Of a DNA stretch of 64,000 nt, positions 41,247 through 50,449 are shown in pieces; the first letter of the stretch is position 1; each line of letters starts with the position of its first letter. Both the position numbers and the translations under genes were made by a program. Under the pieces are notes generated by a model. It worked only from the letters and a program-made list of their open reading frames with translations, was not told where the DNA came from and ran no database searches. Location of the stretch: contig JAFGRE010000129.1 of NCBI GenBank assembly GCA_016935335.1, forward strand, positions 3,403 to 67,402, written 5' to 3'. Origin of the DNA: Deltaproteobacteria bacterium (GTDB lineage Bacteria; Desulfobacterota; WTBG01; JAGOGO01).

Positions 41247-42950
41247 ATGCAAATTATCGAACGAGAAAAGCTTAATCAGGAGATAGAAGACCTGAAGAGC
41301 CAGTATGGGAGCAGCCGTGCCGCCCTTATTGAGATCCTTCAGAATTTACAGGCAAAATATGGCTTTCTCTCCGGCCTTGTCATGCAGGAAACAGCGCATG
41401 CTTTGGATATCCATCCCGCAGAAGTAGAGGGTGTGGCATCATTCTATAGTTTCTTTCGGACAGAAGAAAAACAGGGGAAGTACGTCATCCGTCTCTGCCA
41501 GACCATTTCGTGCGATATGGCAGGAAAGGATCGAGTCGCCCAGCAACTGGAAAATGAATTGGGAATCGAATTTGGCGAGACTACCAAAGACGGTATGTTT
41601 ACCCTTGAATACACCAACTGCCTTGGCATGTGTGATCAGGGACCGGCTTTGATGATAAACGACCGCTTGTTTGCAAAAGTAACTCCTGAAAAAGTTCCCC
41701 AGATCATTGCGGACTGCAAACGAGACTTTGTGAAGACCGATTTTCCTCAGATTGTCCCCTCCGTGGTACAAAAGAAAGGGCCGATAACGGAAAACGAGGC
41801 GGCGGTAGGAGAAGGGTTAAAGGCTGCTTTGGCCAAGAGCCGAGTAGATCTGATTGCCGTGATTCGGGAATCCAATATGCGCGGCAGAGGCGGCGCTGGC
41901 TTCCCCACAGCGGTCAAATGGCAACTTGCGGGTGCCGCTAAGAGTGACGAGAAGTATGTGGTCTGCAACGCGGATGAAGGCGAACCCGGAACCTTCAAAG
42001 ACCGCTATCTCCTCTATGAACAAACCGGCCTTTTGGTCGATGGAATGACAATCGCCGCCTATGCTATCGGAGCCCGCAAGGGATACATCTATCTTCGTGG
42101 CGAATACCTGTACCTGAAGCAATATCTTGAGGACTTTCTGAAAAAGCGAAACAACGAGGGACTGCTGGGGTCCAATATACTGGGGAAGGACGGATTTAGT
42201 TTTGATATTGAACTTCGCATGGGCATCGGCGCCTATGTTTGCGGTGAAGAAACGGGGCTCATAGAATCCCTGGAAGGAAAACGAGGAGAACCTCGTAACC
42301 GTCCTCCATTTCCGGTTGATACCGGATTCGGAGGCAAGCCAACGATCGTTAATAATGTAGAAACCTTTGTCGCTGCCGCACTTATTTGTGCCAAGGGGGC
42401 CAACTGGTTTAACCAAAACGGAACGCAAAATTCAAGCGGAACTAAGCTTTTCAGCGTTTCCGGGGACTGTGAGAAACCGGGAATTTACGAAATGCCGTTT
42501 GGAATATCAATTGCCCAGCTTCTGAAAGAAGTGGGAGGCGAGGATGCAAAAGCCGTTCAAGTCGGCGGAGCCTCTGGGTGGTGCATCCCCCGCAAAGACT
42601 TCGAACGCAAGATCGCTTTTGAAGACGTTTCTACGGGCGGATCGATTATGGTGTTCGGACCGGATCGTGATATGCTTCAGGTGGCAAAGAATTTTATGGA
42701 GTTCTTCGTGGAAGAATCATGTGGCCAGTGTACTCCATGCCGTGAAGGCAATGTTCAGTTGCTGGAAGGCCTGGAAATGCTGGAGGAAGGGTGCTGCTCC
42801 ATGTCCTATTTAAATGAGCTGCTGAAACTCGGTGAAACGATGCAGATTGCTTCCAAATGTGGACTGGGACAAGCAAGCCCCAACGCTTTCATAACGATAA
42901 TTGAAAACTTTAAAGATGAAATCCTCGGCCGTGTGCCGACAACCGTTTAA
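41247..42950 (+). CDS. [FeFe]-hydrogenase-associated flavoprotein, a fused NuoE-like (2Fe-2S) plus NuoF-like (FMN/NADH/4Fe-4S) subunit (HydB/HndAC-like)
   Basis: 567 aa. N-terminal thioredoxin-like 2Fe-2S domain (CQTISC ... CLGMC). NuoF-like core with GRGGAGFPT (FMN), ADEGEPGTFKDR (NADH) and ESCGQCTPCREG (4Fe-4S). No C-terminal 2x[4Fe-4S] ferredoxin extension. Confidence 0.85.
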   Translation: MQIIEREKLNQEIEDLKSQYGSSRAALIEILQNLQAKYGFLSGLVMQETAHALDIHPAEVEGVASFYSFFRTEEKQGKYVIRLCQTISCDMAGKDRVAQQLENELGIEFGETTKDGMFTLEYTNCLGMCDQGPALMINDRLFAKVTPEKVPQIIADCKRDFVKTDFPQIVPSVVQKKGPITENEAAVGEGLKAALAKSRVDLIAVIRESNMRGRGGAGFPTAVKWQLAGAAKSDEKYVVCNADEGEPGTFKDRYLLYEQTGLLVDGMTIAAYAIGARKGYIYLRGEYLYLKQYLEDFLKKRNNEGLLGSNILGKDGFSFDIELRMGIGAYVCGEETGLIESLEGKRGEPRNRPPFPVDTGFGGKPTIVNNVETFVAAALICAKGANWFNQNGTQNSSGTKLFSVSGDCEKPGIYEMPFGISIAQLLKEVGGEDAKAVQVGGASGWCIPRKDFERKIAFEDVSTGGSIMVFGPDRDMLQVAKNFMEFFVEESCGQCTPCREGNVQLLEGLEMLEEGCCSMSYLNELLKLGETMQIASKCGLGQASPNAFITIIENFKDEILGRVPTTV

Positions 42951-42962
42951 GGAGGTCCGACA

Positions 42963-44900
42963 ATGCAAGACAAAACGCCTCATGAAGCCTGCAAAGAGTC
43001 GTGTGAACGCGCTCCCAAAAGCGAAACTGCCGCCGTGATCAGCACCCCTCAGGATACGAGCGCAATCGGCGCGATGATAAAAGTAACCATAGATGGCCAG
43101 GATGTTGAAGTTCCCATGGGAACCACCATATTGGAGGCTGCACGTAAAATCGGCATAAAAATCCCCACGCTCTGTCATCATGACGACCTTTGTGTGGCCG
43201 GTGTTTGCCGTGTCTGTGTGGTGGAGGTTGAGAAAATGAGAACCCTCCAGGCTGCCTGCGCGTACCCCATTACTCAGCCCCTTGTAATTCATACCCACAC
43301 CCCCAAGGTCCGACAGGCGCGTCGCCATATTCTCGATCTTTTGCTCTCCAATCATTACGGCGAGTGTTACAGCTGTGTCCGGAATAATAACTGTGAACTT
43401 CAGACCCTTGCTCACGAATATGGAGTTCATTCGTATCGATTCGGCCATGTGGAAGAACCGTTCTTCGAACGAGACGACTCCAGTTATTCCATTGTCCGGG
43501 ATATGGATAAGTGCATTCTCTGCCGCCGTTGCGTACGCACCTGTGTCGATCTTCAGGAGGTCGGCGTGTACGAAGCCATGAATCGGGGTGCGGACACCTA
43601 TATCGGTACCTTTATGGACAAACCTATGGCCGAGGTGGTGTGCATTAACTGTGGTCAGTGTATCAATCGCTGCCCCACCGGTGCGTTGCATGCCAAGGAT
43701 CCCCGCGAGGAAATCTGGGGGGCCATCGATGATCCGAAAAAGCACGTGGTGATTCAGACTGCGCCCGCACCACGCTCCGGTATCGGGGAATGCTTTGGAC
43801 TCGAACCCGGCACTCCGATGACCTTCGAGATGAATACGGCTTTGCGGTATTGCGGGTTCGACAAAGTCTTTGATACCAACTTTACCGCCGACCTGACCAT
43901 CATGGAGGAAGGAACGGAACTGATCCTGCGACTGTACAATGCCCTGGTCAAAAAGGAGCCGGTCTCTTTACCGCAGTTCACGTCCTGTTCACCCGGCTGG
44001 GTTAAGTATATCGAGCATTTTTATCCTGAAATGCTCGGGCATGTTTCCAGCGCCAAGAGTCCCCAACAGATGTTTGGGGCGGTCATTAAAACCTATTACG
44101 CAAAAATCAATAATATCGATCCTGCTGACATTGTCTCGGTTTCTCTTATGCCCTGCTCAGCAAAAAAATTCGAGTGCAATCGTCCTGAAATGCGGGACTC
44201 CGGCTATCAGGATGTCGATTATGGCCTGACCACCCGAGAGCTGGCCCAGATGATCAAGGAAGCGGGCATTGATTTACCGAATATGCCGAAGTCCGACTTC
44301 GATAATCCCTTTGGGACCATGACCGGCTCCGGCGTGATCTTTGGTGCCACCGGGGGGGTGATGGAGTCGGCAATCCGAACCGTGTACGAACTTGTCACCG
44401 GTGATAGGATCGACAGCTTGTTTGAAAAAGCCCGGGTTATGCCCGTCCGGGGTTTTGAAGGCATCAGGTATGCTGAACTATTGATTGATAAAGTCGGACC
44501 GGTTCCGGATATCCTGAAACACCTTCTGCCCGATTGGGAGTGGCTGAAGGGGGCGACTCTGAAGGTTGCGGTTGCCCATGGCACGGCCAATGCCAAGAAG
44601 GTGCTGGAAGACATCAAAGCCGGCGGTAAACTCAGTGAATGTCACTTTATCGAGTATATGGCCTGTCCGGGAGGATGTCTCGGTGGAGGTGGAATGCCGA
44701 TCCCAACGTCCGAGGAAATCAGAGCTGCCCGGGCGAAAGCGATTTACGCCGAAGATGAAGCAAGTGAAGTCCGAAAGTCCTATGAAAACCCTGCGGTTTT
44801 ACATCTATACAAAGAGTTTTTTACCGAGGGACCGTGCGCTCACTTGAGTCACAAACTTCTGCACACCCACTATACCCCGAGAGGGAAAAAGATGGTGTGA
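42963..44900 (+). CDS. hydA: [FeFe] hydrogenase catalytic subunit HydA (M3-type: 2Fe-2S plus 3 accessory FeS domains plus H-domain). The L1 motif is the variant TSCSPGW.
   Basis: 645 aa. N-terminal NuoG-like 2Fe-2S domain, His-ligated cluster region (CHHDD...C), two 4Fe-4S ferredoxin motifs (CILCRRCVRTC, CINCGQCINRCP). H-cluster motifs L2 MPCSAKKFE and L3 EYMACPGGCLGGGGMP are canonical. L1 reads FTSCSPGW (Ser codon TCA at 43989-43991) where TSCCPxW is expected. Confidence 0.9.
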   Translation: MQDKTPHEACKESCERAPKSETAAVISTPQDTSAIGAMIKVTIDGQDVEVPMGTTILEAARKIGIKIPTLCHHDDLCVAGVCRVCVVEVEKMRTLQAACAYPITQPLVIHTHTPKVRQARRHILDLLLSNHYGECYSCVRNNNCELQTLAHEYGVHSYRFGHVEEPFFERDDSSYSIVRDMDKCILCRRCVRTCVDLQEVGVYEAMNRGADTYIGTFMDKPMAEVVCINCGQCINRCPTGALHAKDPREEIWGAIDDPKKHVVIQTAPAPRSGIGECFGLEPGTPMTFEMNTALRYCGFDKVFDTNFTADLTIMEEGTELILRLYNALVKKEPVSLPQFTSCSPGWVKYIEHFYPEMLGHVSSAKSPQQMFGAVIKTYYAKINNIDPADIVSVSLMPCSAKKFECNRPEMRDSGYQDVDYGLTTRELAQMIKEAGIDLPNMPKSDFDNPFGTMTGSGVIFGATGGVMESAIRTVYELVTGDRIDSLFEKARVMPVRGFEGIRYAELLIDKVGPVPDILKHLLPDWEWLKGATLKVAVAHGTANAKKVLEDIKAGGKLSECHFIEYMACPGGCLGGGGMPIPTSEEIRAARAKAIYAEDEASEVRKSYENPAVLHLYKEFFTEGPCAHLSHKLLHTHYTPRGKKMV

Positions 44901-44976
44901 TATTCTTACCAGCGAAAACAGCCAAGACGGCAGGGTAATCAGTTTCAGTGAAAAAAATTGCAGCGTAAATTCTAGC

Positions 44977-45019
44977 GTAAGGGCAATTCCTGGGAATAAG
45001 GATTTGCCCTTACCTTTTT
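44977..45019 (+). terminator. Rho-independent terminator after hydA
   Basis: Perfect 10 bp inverted repeat GTAAGGGCAA ... TTGCCCTTAC (44977-44986 / 45004-45013) followed by CTTTTTC. A TATAAT box at about 45025-45030 precedes hydG. Confidence 0.6.
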
Positions 45020-45114
45020 CAACGACTATAATAAAATAAAAGTGCGTTTCCGATCTGATATAACAATGCGTCGCGTCGTGCGTCCGAATCGAACTGTAAT
45101 GGCGAGAAACCCGA

Positions 45115-46527
45115 ATGCCTACTGAAATGAACTATGTAAAAACCGGTAAAGGAATAGTAGACGACGAAGCCGTCTTCGAGTTGTTGCAAAACAGAACCGC
45201 CGATACCGCGGCAGTGCGGGAGGTTTTATCAAAGGCGATGGAATTAAAAGGCCTTGACCTCCATGACGTTCCGGTTCTGGCCCGCATCAGCGACCCTGAT
45301 CTGTTGGGTGAGCTTTTTTCCACCGCGAAAAAAGTGAAGGAGATGATTTATGGCAAGAGGCTGGTCATCTTCGCCCCTTTGTATATTTCAAATCTCTGTT
45401 CCAATGAATGTCTGTATTGTGCCTTTCGCGCCCGCAACAAGGCGGTAAAGCGGCGTGCCCTTACCCAGGAAGAAATTGCTCGCGAAGTGATCAATCTGGT
45501 TGAACAGGGCCATAAGCGGATCTTGCTGGTAGCGGGAGAAGCCTACCCCAAGGAAGGCTTCTCGTATATTCTGAAATCGATTGAGACTATCTACCGAACG
45601 AAAAGCGGCCCCGGGGAAATTCGTCGACTCAATGCAAATATTGCTCCCTTGGCGATCGAGGAATTTAAACAGTTGAAAGCAGCTCATATTGGAACCTATC
45701 AGCTCTTCCAGGAAACCTACCACCGGGAAACTTACCGGAAAGTACACACCGGCGGAAAGAAGGCTGATTATGATTGGCGTATTACCGCGATGGATAGAGC
45801 CATGGAGGCAACGATTGATGATGTGGGGATCGGAGTGCTCTTCGGATTATTTGATTGGCGTTTTGAGATATTAGCTCTTATGCAACACATCCGTCACCTG
45901 GAGAAACGTTTCGGCGTGGGGTGTCACACCATCAGCGTCCCTCGGCTGGAGCCGGCTTCCGGTTCCTATGTTGCCGAACACCCTCCCTATCCGGTTTCCG
46001 ATGTTGATTTTCGTAAGATTGTGGCCATATTACGTCTGGCTGTTCCTTATACCGGCATCATCATGTCAACGAGGGAAACGCCGGAAATGCGTCGCGAAAC
46101 CTTTGCGCTGGGGGTTTCCCAGATTTCCGCCGGTAGCCGTACCAATCCGGGCGGATACAGCAAAGATGAAGACGCCTTTGAAAGCAGCCAATTTTCACTC
46201 GGAGACCACCGTCCCCTTGATGAAGTCCTGCGGGATGTGGCGGAACTGGGGTATATACCCTCGTTTTGTACGGCCTGCTATCGCCTCGGCCGCACCGGCC
46301 GGGATTTCATGGATCTTGCCAAGCCTGGAGAGATTAAGAATCATTGTGATCCTAATGCGCTTTCGACATTTGAGGAATTTCTCTTAGACTATGCAACCCC
46401 TGAAACGCGAAGGCTTGGAGAAGAAACGATCGAGAAGACGCTTGCAGCCATGGATGACGTACAGGCCAAGCGTTCACGCACGCTTCTTACTAAGATCAAA
46501 TCCGGCAAGCGGGATGTTTTCTGCTAA
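45115..46527 (+). CDS. hydG: [FeFe] hydrogenase H-cluster radical SAM maturase HydG
   Basis: 470 aa; CX3CX2C (CSNECLYC) radical SAM motif; ThiH-like core; C-terminal CTACYRL...HCD auxiliary cluster motif. Confidence 0.85.
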   Translation: MPTEMNYVKTGKGIVDDEAVFELLQNRTADTAAVREVLSKAMELKGLDLHDVPVLARISDPDLLGELFSTAKKVKEMIYGKRLVIFAPLYISNLCSNECLYCAFRARNKAVKRRALTQEEIAREVINLVEQGHKRILLVAGEAYPKEGFSYILKSIETIYRTKSGPGEIRRLNANIAPLAIEEFKQLKAAHIGTYQLFQETYHRETYRKVHTGGKKADYDWRITAMDRAMEATIDDVGIGVLFGLFDWRFEILALMQHIRHLEKRFGVGCHTISVPRLEPASGSYVAEHPPYPVSDVDFRKIVAILRLAVPYTGIIMSTRETPEMRRETFALGVSQISAGSRTNPGGYSKDEDAFESSQFSLGDHRPLDEVLRDVAELGYIPSFCTACYRLGRTGRDFMDLAKPGEIKNHCDPNALSTFEEFLLDYATPETRRLGEETIEKTLAAMDDVQAKRSRTLLTKIKSGKRDVFC

Positions 46528-46614
46528 GCTGAAACCACCATCACCCTTTCCTTTACCCTGACTGATCGACACACCACCTGAAGGCGATTGCGCGTTAGAC
46601 AGGAAGGACGGATC

Positions 46615-48060
46615 ATGGAAAAGGATTATCGCAAAGAAAAAGATCTGCTCGGAGAGCGTGAGGTTCCCGCCGAAAGTCTCTGGGGTATTCATACGCTCCG
46701 AGCTCTGGAGAATTTTCCCTTAAGCCGCCGTCCCGTTCATCCGGAACTGATCAAAGCCTTTGGAACGGTGAAACTCGCTTGCGCCCAGACGAATGGCACG
46801 CTGGGAGCGTGGAATGACAACCCTGCCAAAGGCCGGGCGATTGAGCAGGCCTGCACTGAAATGGCTGCCGGTCATCTTAACGACCAGATCGTTGTCGATA
46901 GCCTGCAGGGCGGAGCCGGTACTTCAACCAACATGAATGTTAATGAAGTGCTCGCAAATCGAGCACTCGAATTATTAGGAGTGTCAAAGGGCAGTTACGG
47001 CATTCTATCACCGCTGGATGATATTAATTTGCATCAATCCACCAACGACACGTATCCTACTGCGCTGAAATTGGCTGCTGTTCGCCTTCTTCATTCTCTC
47101 GAAGAGCAGGTTGTGGCCCTCCAGGAAGCGTTTCAAGCAAAGGAAAAGGAATTTGCTCATGTGGTCAAGGTCAGCCGCACTCAGCTTCAGGATGCGGTAT
47201 TAACCACGTTGGGAAGAGAAATGTCGGCCTATGCCGATGCCCTGGCGCGGGACCGGTGGCGAATCTATAAATGCGAAGAACGCCTGCGGGTGGTTAATCT
47301 CGGAGGCACGGCCATCGGCACGGGGTTGGGAGCGCCACGAAAGTTCATCTTTCGAGTTGTGGATGCGCTACGAGGATTAACGGGAATAGGATTTGCGCGA
47401 GCAGAAAACCTCATCGATAATACGCAAAACGCCGATGTATTCGTTGAAGTTTCCGGAATTCTCAAGGCTCTCGCCGTTACCCTGCTGAAATCGGCAACCG
47501 ATATTCGGCTCATGTCCTCCGGTCCCCAGGCCGGGCTCGGGGAAATTCGTATCCCCGAATTACAGGCCGGATCATCGATCATGCCCGGAAAAGTCAACCC
47601 CGTTATCCCGGAAGCTGTTTCCCAAATTGCAATCCTCGTTATGGCATATGACCAGTCGATCGCTATGGCGGCATCGCTCGGCAATCTCGACCTTAATCAG
47701 TTCTTACCGCTTATCGCCTTCGCCCTCTTGGACAGCCTCACCCTGCTTACCAACGGATGCACCGTCTATCGACAGCTGTGCGTTGAAGGCATAGAAGCCA
47801 ATGAAGCTGCCTGCATCCGGTATGTAGAGGGTTCCACAGCCACCGCCACTGCCTTGGCGACAGTTATCGGTTATGAGAAAACCTCCGAGGTCGTCAAATT
47901 CTCGAAGAAAAACAATATCTCCATAAAAGAAGCAGTCATCTCTCAAGGGATCCTAGACGAAGCGGGCTTTAATGAACTCATCAGCCCGGAGGCGGTAACC
48001 CGCTTGGGTTCATCTACCATCATGCGAGAAAAGGACGATGCAGCAACAATCAACTCGTAA
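46615..48060 (+). CDS. Aspartate ammonia-lyase/fumarase class II family protein embedded in the hyd maturase cluster
   Basis: About 481 aa from the internal ATG at 46615 (ORF-track start 46588); fumarate-lyase signature GSSIMPGKVNPVIPE; 23 nt overlap with the hydF start. Confidence 0.8.
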   Translation: MEKDYRKEKDLLGEREVPAESLWGIHTLRALENFPLSRRPVHPELIKAFGTVKLACAQTNGTLGAWNDNPAKGRAIEQACTEMAAGHLNDQIVVDSLQGGAGTSTNMNVNEVLANRALELLGVSKGSYGILSPLDDINLHQSTNDTYPTALKLAAVRLLHSLEEQVVALQEAFQAKEKEFAHVVKVSRTQLQDAVLTTLGREMSAYADALARDRWRIYKCEERLRVVNLGGTAIGTGLGAPRKFIFRVVDALRGLTGIGFARAENLIDNTQNADVFVEVSGILKALAVTLLKSATDIRLMSSGPQAGLGEIRIPELQAGSSIMPGKVNPVIPEAVSQIAILVMAYDQSIAMAASLGNLDLNQFLPLIAFALLDSLTLLTNGCTVYRQLCVEGIEANEAACIRYVEGSTATATALATVIGYEKTSEVVKFSKKNNISIKEAVISQGILDEAGFNELISPEAVTRLGSSTIMREKDDAATINS

Positions 48061-49285
48061 AGGGCTGAGGCTCCATATTGGTCTTTTCGGACGGAGAAAT
48101 GTCGGAAAATCCAGTCTGCTGAACGCCGTCACCCGGCAGGATGTCTCCATTGTTTCCGATCATGCCGGTACAACGACCGACCCCGTTGAGAAACCCATGG
48201 AGCTGCTGCCCCTCGGCCCGGTACTTTTTATCGACACCGCCGGTATTGATGATGTCGGTGCATTAGGAGAAATGCGAATTGCCAAAACCCGAGGGGTAAT
48301 CGACCGAACCGATCTGGGAGTTATAATCAGTGACGCCGGGATCTGGGGCGATTTCGAAGAACAGATATGGGGAGAATTGAAAAAACGGAATATCCCCATG
48401 ATCGCTGTTTTCAACAAAACCGATCTGGAGGAGCCGGATAGCACTATCCTAACCCGGCTGGAACAGGAAAAGATCGCCATCGTAAAAACCGTAGCTGTTT
48501 CAGGCAAAGGAGTTCTGGACTTTCGCCAGGCGCTTCTCGACACGGTTCCTCCCGAATTCTTAACAAACCCCGATCTCCTGGGAGATATTGTGGGACCCGG
48601 GGAACTGGCGGTTCTGGTTGTTCCCATAGACAAGGAAGCGCCCAAGGGAAGGCTCATCGTGCCGCAGGTTCAGGCTATTCGGAACCTTCTGGACAATGAT
48701 GCGTACTGTATGGTTGTCAAAGAGCGAGAACTCAAATATGCGCTGGAGCGACTGACGGAACCTCCCACACTGGTGGTGACCGATTCACAGGCATTTTTAA
48801 AAGTGGCGGCAGATACGCCGCCGGGTATCAAGATGACCTCTTTTTCAATTCTTTTTGCCCGCATGCAAGGTGACCTGAACGAGATGGTGAGAGGCGCCTT
48901 GGCAATTGAGACGCTCAAGACAGGAGATCATGTATTAGTGGCTGAAGCCTGTTCACACCATCCAATTGCCGACGATATTGGTCGAGTCAAAATCCCTCGA
49001 TGGCTAACGCAGTATGTGGGAGGAAAAGTCCATTTTTATCAAATCCAAGGACACGATTTCCCTGAAGACCTCTCGCCGTATAAGCTCGTTATTCACTGCG
49101 GCGCCTGCATGTGGAACCGCCGAGAAATGCTGTCGCGTATTTTATATTGTCGGAATGCTAAGATTCCCATCACCAACTACGGTTTGACGATCGCTTATGC
49201 CCTTGGTATCTTCGAACGCGCACTTCAACCGTTTCCCGCAGCTTTAGAGGTGTATCATCAGACCCAAAATGATGTCCTTGCCTAA
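48038..49285 (+). CDS. hydF: [FeFe] hydrogenase H-cluster maturation GTPase HydF
   Basis: 415 aa; GTPase G1 GRRNVGKSS and G2/G3 motifs; C-terminal FeS-binding CxH ... HCxxC (CSHHP ... HCGAC). Confidence 0.85.
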   Translation: MQQQSTRKGLRLHIGLFGRRNVGKSSLLNAVTRQDVSIVSDHAGTTTDPVEKPMELLPLGPVLFIDTAGIDDVGALGEMRIAKTRGVIDRTDLGVIISDAGIWGDFEEQIWGELKKRNIPMIAVFNKTDLEEPDSTILTRLEQEKIAIVKTVAVSGKGVLDFRQALLDTVPPEFLTNPDLLGDIVGPGELAVLVVPIDKEAPKGRLIVPQVQAIRNLLDNDAYCMVVKERELKYALERLTEPPTLVVTDSQAFLKVAADTPPGIKMTSFSILFARMQGDLNEMVRGALAIETLKTGDHVLVAEACSHHPIADDIGRVKIPRWLTQYVGGKVHFYQIQGHDFPEDLSPYKLVIHCGACMWNRREMLSRILYCRNAKIPITNYGLTIAYALGIFERALQPFPAALEVYHQTQNDVLA

Positions 49286-50402
49286 TGCGCTTACCCGAGA
49301 AGAAATCATCCGCTGGCTTCATGAGAAAAATGAAGAAAAGCTCCATCAGCTTTGGCAGTGGGCTGATGAGATTAGAACAAGCGTTGTGGGTGATGAAGTT
49401 CATCTCAGAGGCCTCATCGAAATCTCGAATCACTGTTCACGTCGTTGCAGCTACTGTGGAATTAACGCGGGTAACACCTCCCTTGTCCGCTATCGAATGG
49501 AGAAGCAGGAAATCATGGACTGTGTCGACATGGCACAAAAGTTCGGGTATGGCACCGTGGTGATACAAGGCGGCGAAGATTACGGAATAAAAAAAGAGTG
49601 GATGGACGATATCATTCGTGATATTAAATCTCGAACGGACTTGGCAGTTACTCTCAGCCTTGGTGAGCGTCCCATCGACGATCTCGAGATGTGGAGGGCG
49701 GCTGGTGCCAATCGCTACCTGCTCCGCTTTGAAACCTCAGATCGAACGCTCTATGAAAAAATTCACCCTTCCATGAAATCTACAATTTTCGACAGGGTTG
49801 AGATGTTGCGCACCTTGAGAAACATCGGGTATGAAATTGGTGGCGGAATCATGGTGGGAATCCCTGGGCAAACATATGTCTCCGTCTATAATGATTTATG
49901 CACCTTTCAGGAAATGGATCTTGACATGATCGGCGTGGGGCCATATCTCCCCCATCCTCATACGCCCCTTGGAACAGAGGGGGAAGAAATCCGGAAACAA
50001 ACCCCGGACCAAATAGCCAATACCGAGCTTATGACATGTAAGGTCGTGGCCTTGACACGGATTCTCTGTCCGGAAGCCAATATCCCCAGTACTACGGCTC
50101 TCGGAACCATCGACAGACAACTCGGTCGTGTTCATGGCCTCCAAAGAGGCGCTAATGTTCTTATGCCCAATATAACCCCGTTGCACTATCGAAAGTTATA
50201 TGAGATTTATCCGGAAAAGGCTGGAAACGATAGCACTCCCGCGGAGACCGACCAACTGCTCAAGGAGTTGATTGCAGGCCTTGGCAGAAGACGGGGGAAA
50301 GGCCCCGGGGGAAGGTTGCATACTCCCCATCGATCGGAAGAAGACTCCCGGGGATTGCCCGGAATCCATAAACGTATGAGGGGGAGGACCTTGATCACCT
50401 GA
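49269..50402 (+). CDS. hydE: [FeFe] hydrogenase H-cluster radical SAM maturase HydE
   Basis: 377 aa; BioB-like; CX3CX2C (CSRRCSYC); overlaps hydF by 17 nt; unusual basic Gly/Arg-rich C-terminal tail of about 35 aa. Confidence 0.8.
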   Translation: MMSLPNALTREEIIRWLHEKNEEKLHQLWQWADEIRTSVVGDEVHLRGLIEISNHCSRRCSYCGINAGNTSLVRYRMEKQEIMDCVDMAQKFGYGTVVIQGGEDYGIKKEWMDDIIRDIKSRTDLAVTLSLGERPIDDLEMWRAAGANRYLLRFETSDRTLYEKIHPSMKSTIFDRVEMLRTLRNIGYEIGGGIMVGIPGQTYVSVYNDLCTFQEMDLDMIGVGPYLPHPHTPLGTEGEEIRKQTPDQIANTELMTCKVVALTRILCPEANIPSTTALGTIDRQLGRVHGLQRGANVLMPNITPLHYRKLYEIYPEKAGNDSTPAETDQLLKELIAGLGRRRGKGPGGRLHTPHRSEEDSRGLPGIHKRMRGRTLIT

Positions 50403-50449
50403 TCCGGTATTCCTGCGCAGGGCGTACGAGGTCCCGGCACACAATACCA

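Noticed and set aside
43986-43991. Sequencing error as the explanation for TSCSPGW in HydA
   Set aside because: Going from a Cys codon (TGT/TGC) to the observed TCA needs two nucleotide changes, and the flanking sequence is unremarkable. It is more likely genuine, though re-sequencing would settle it.
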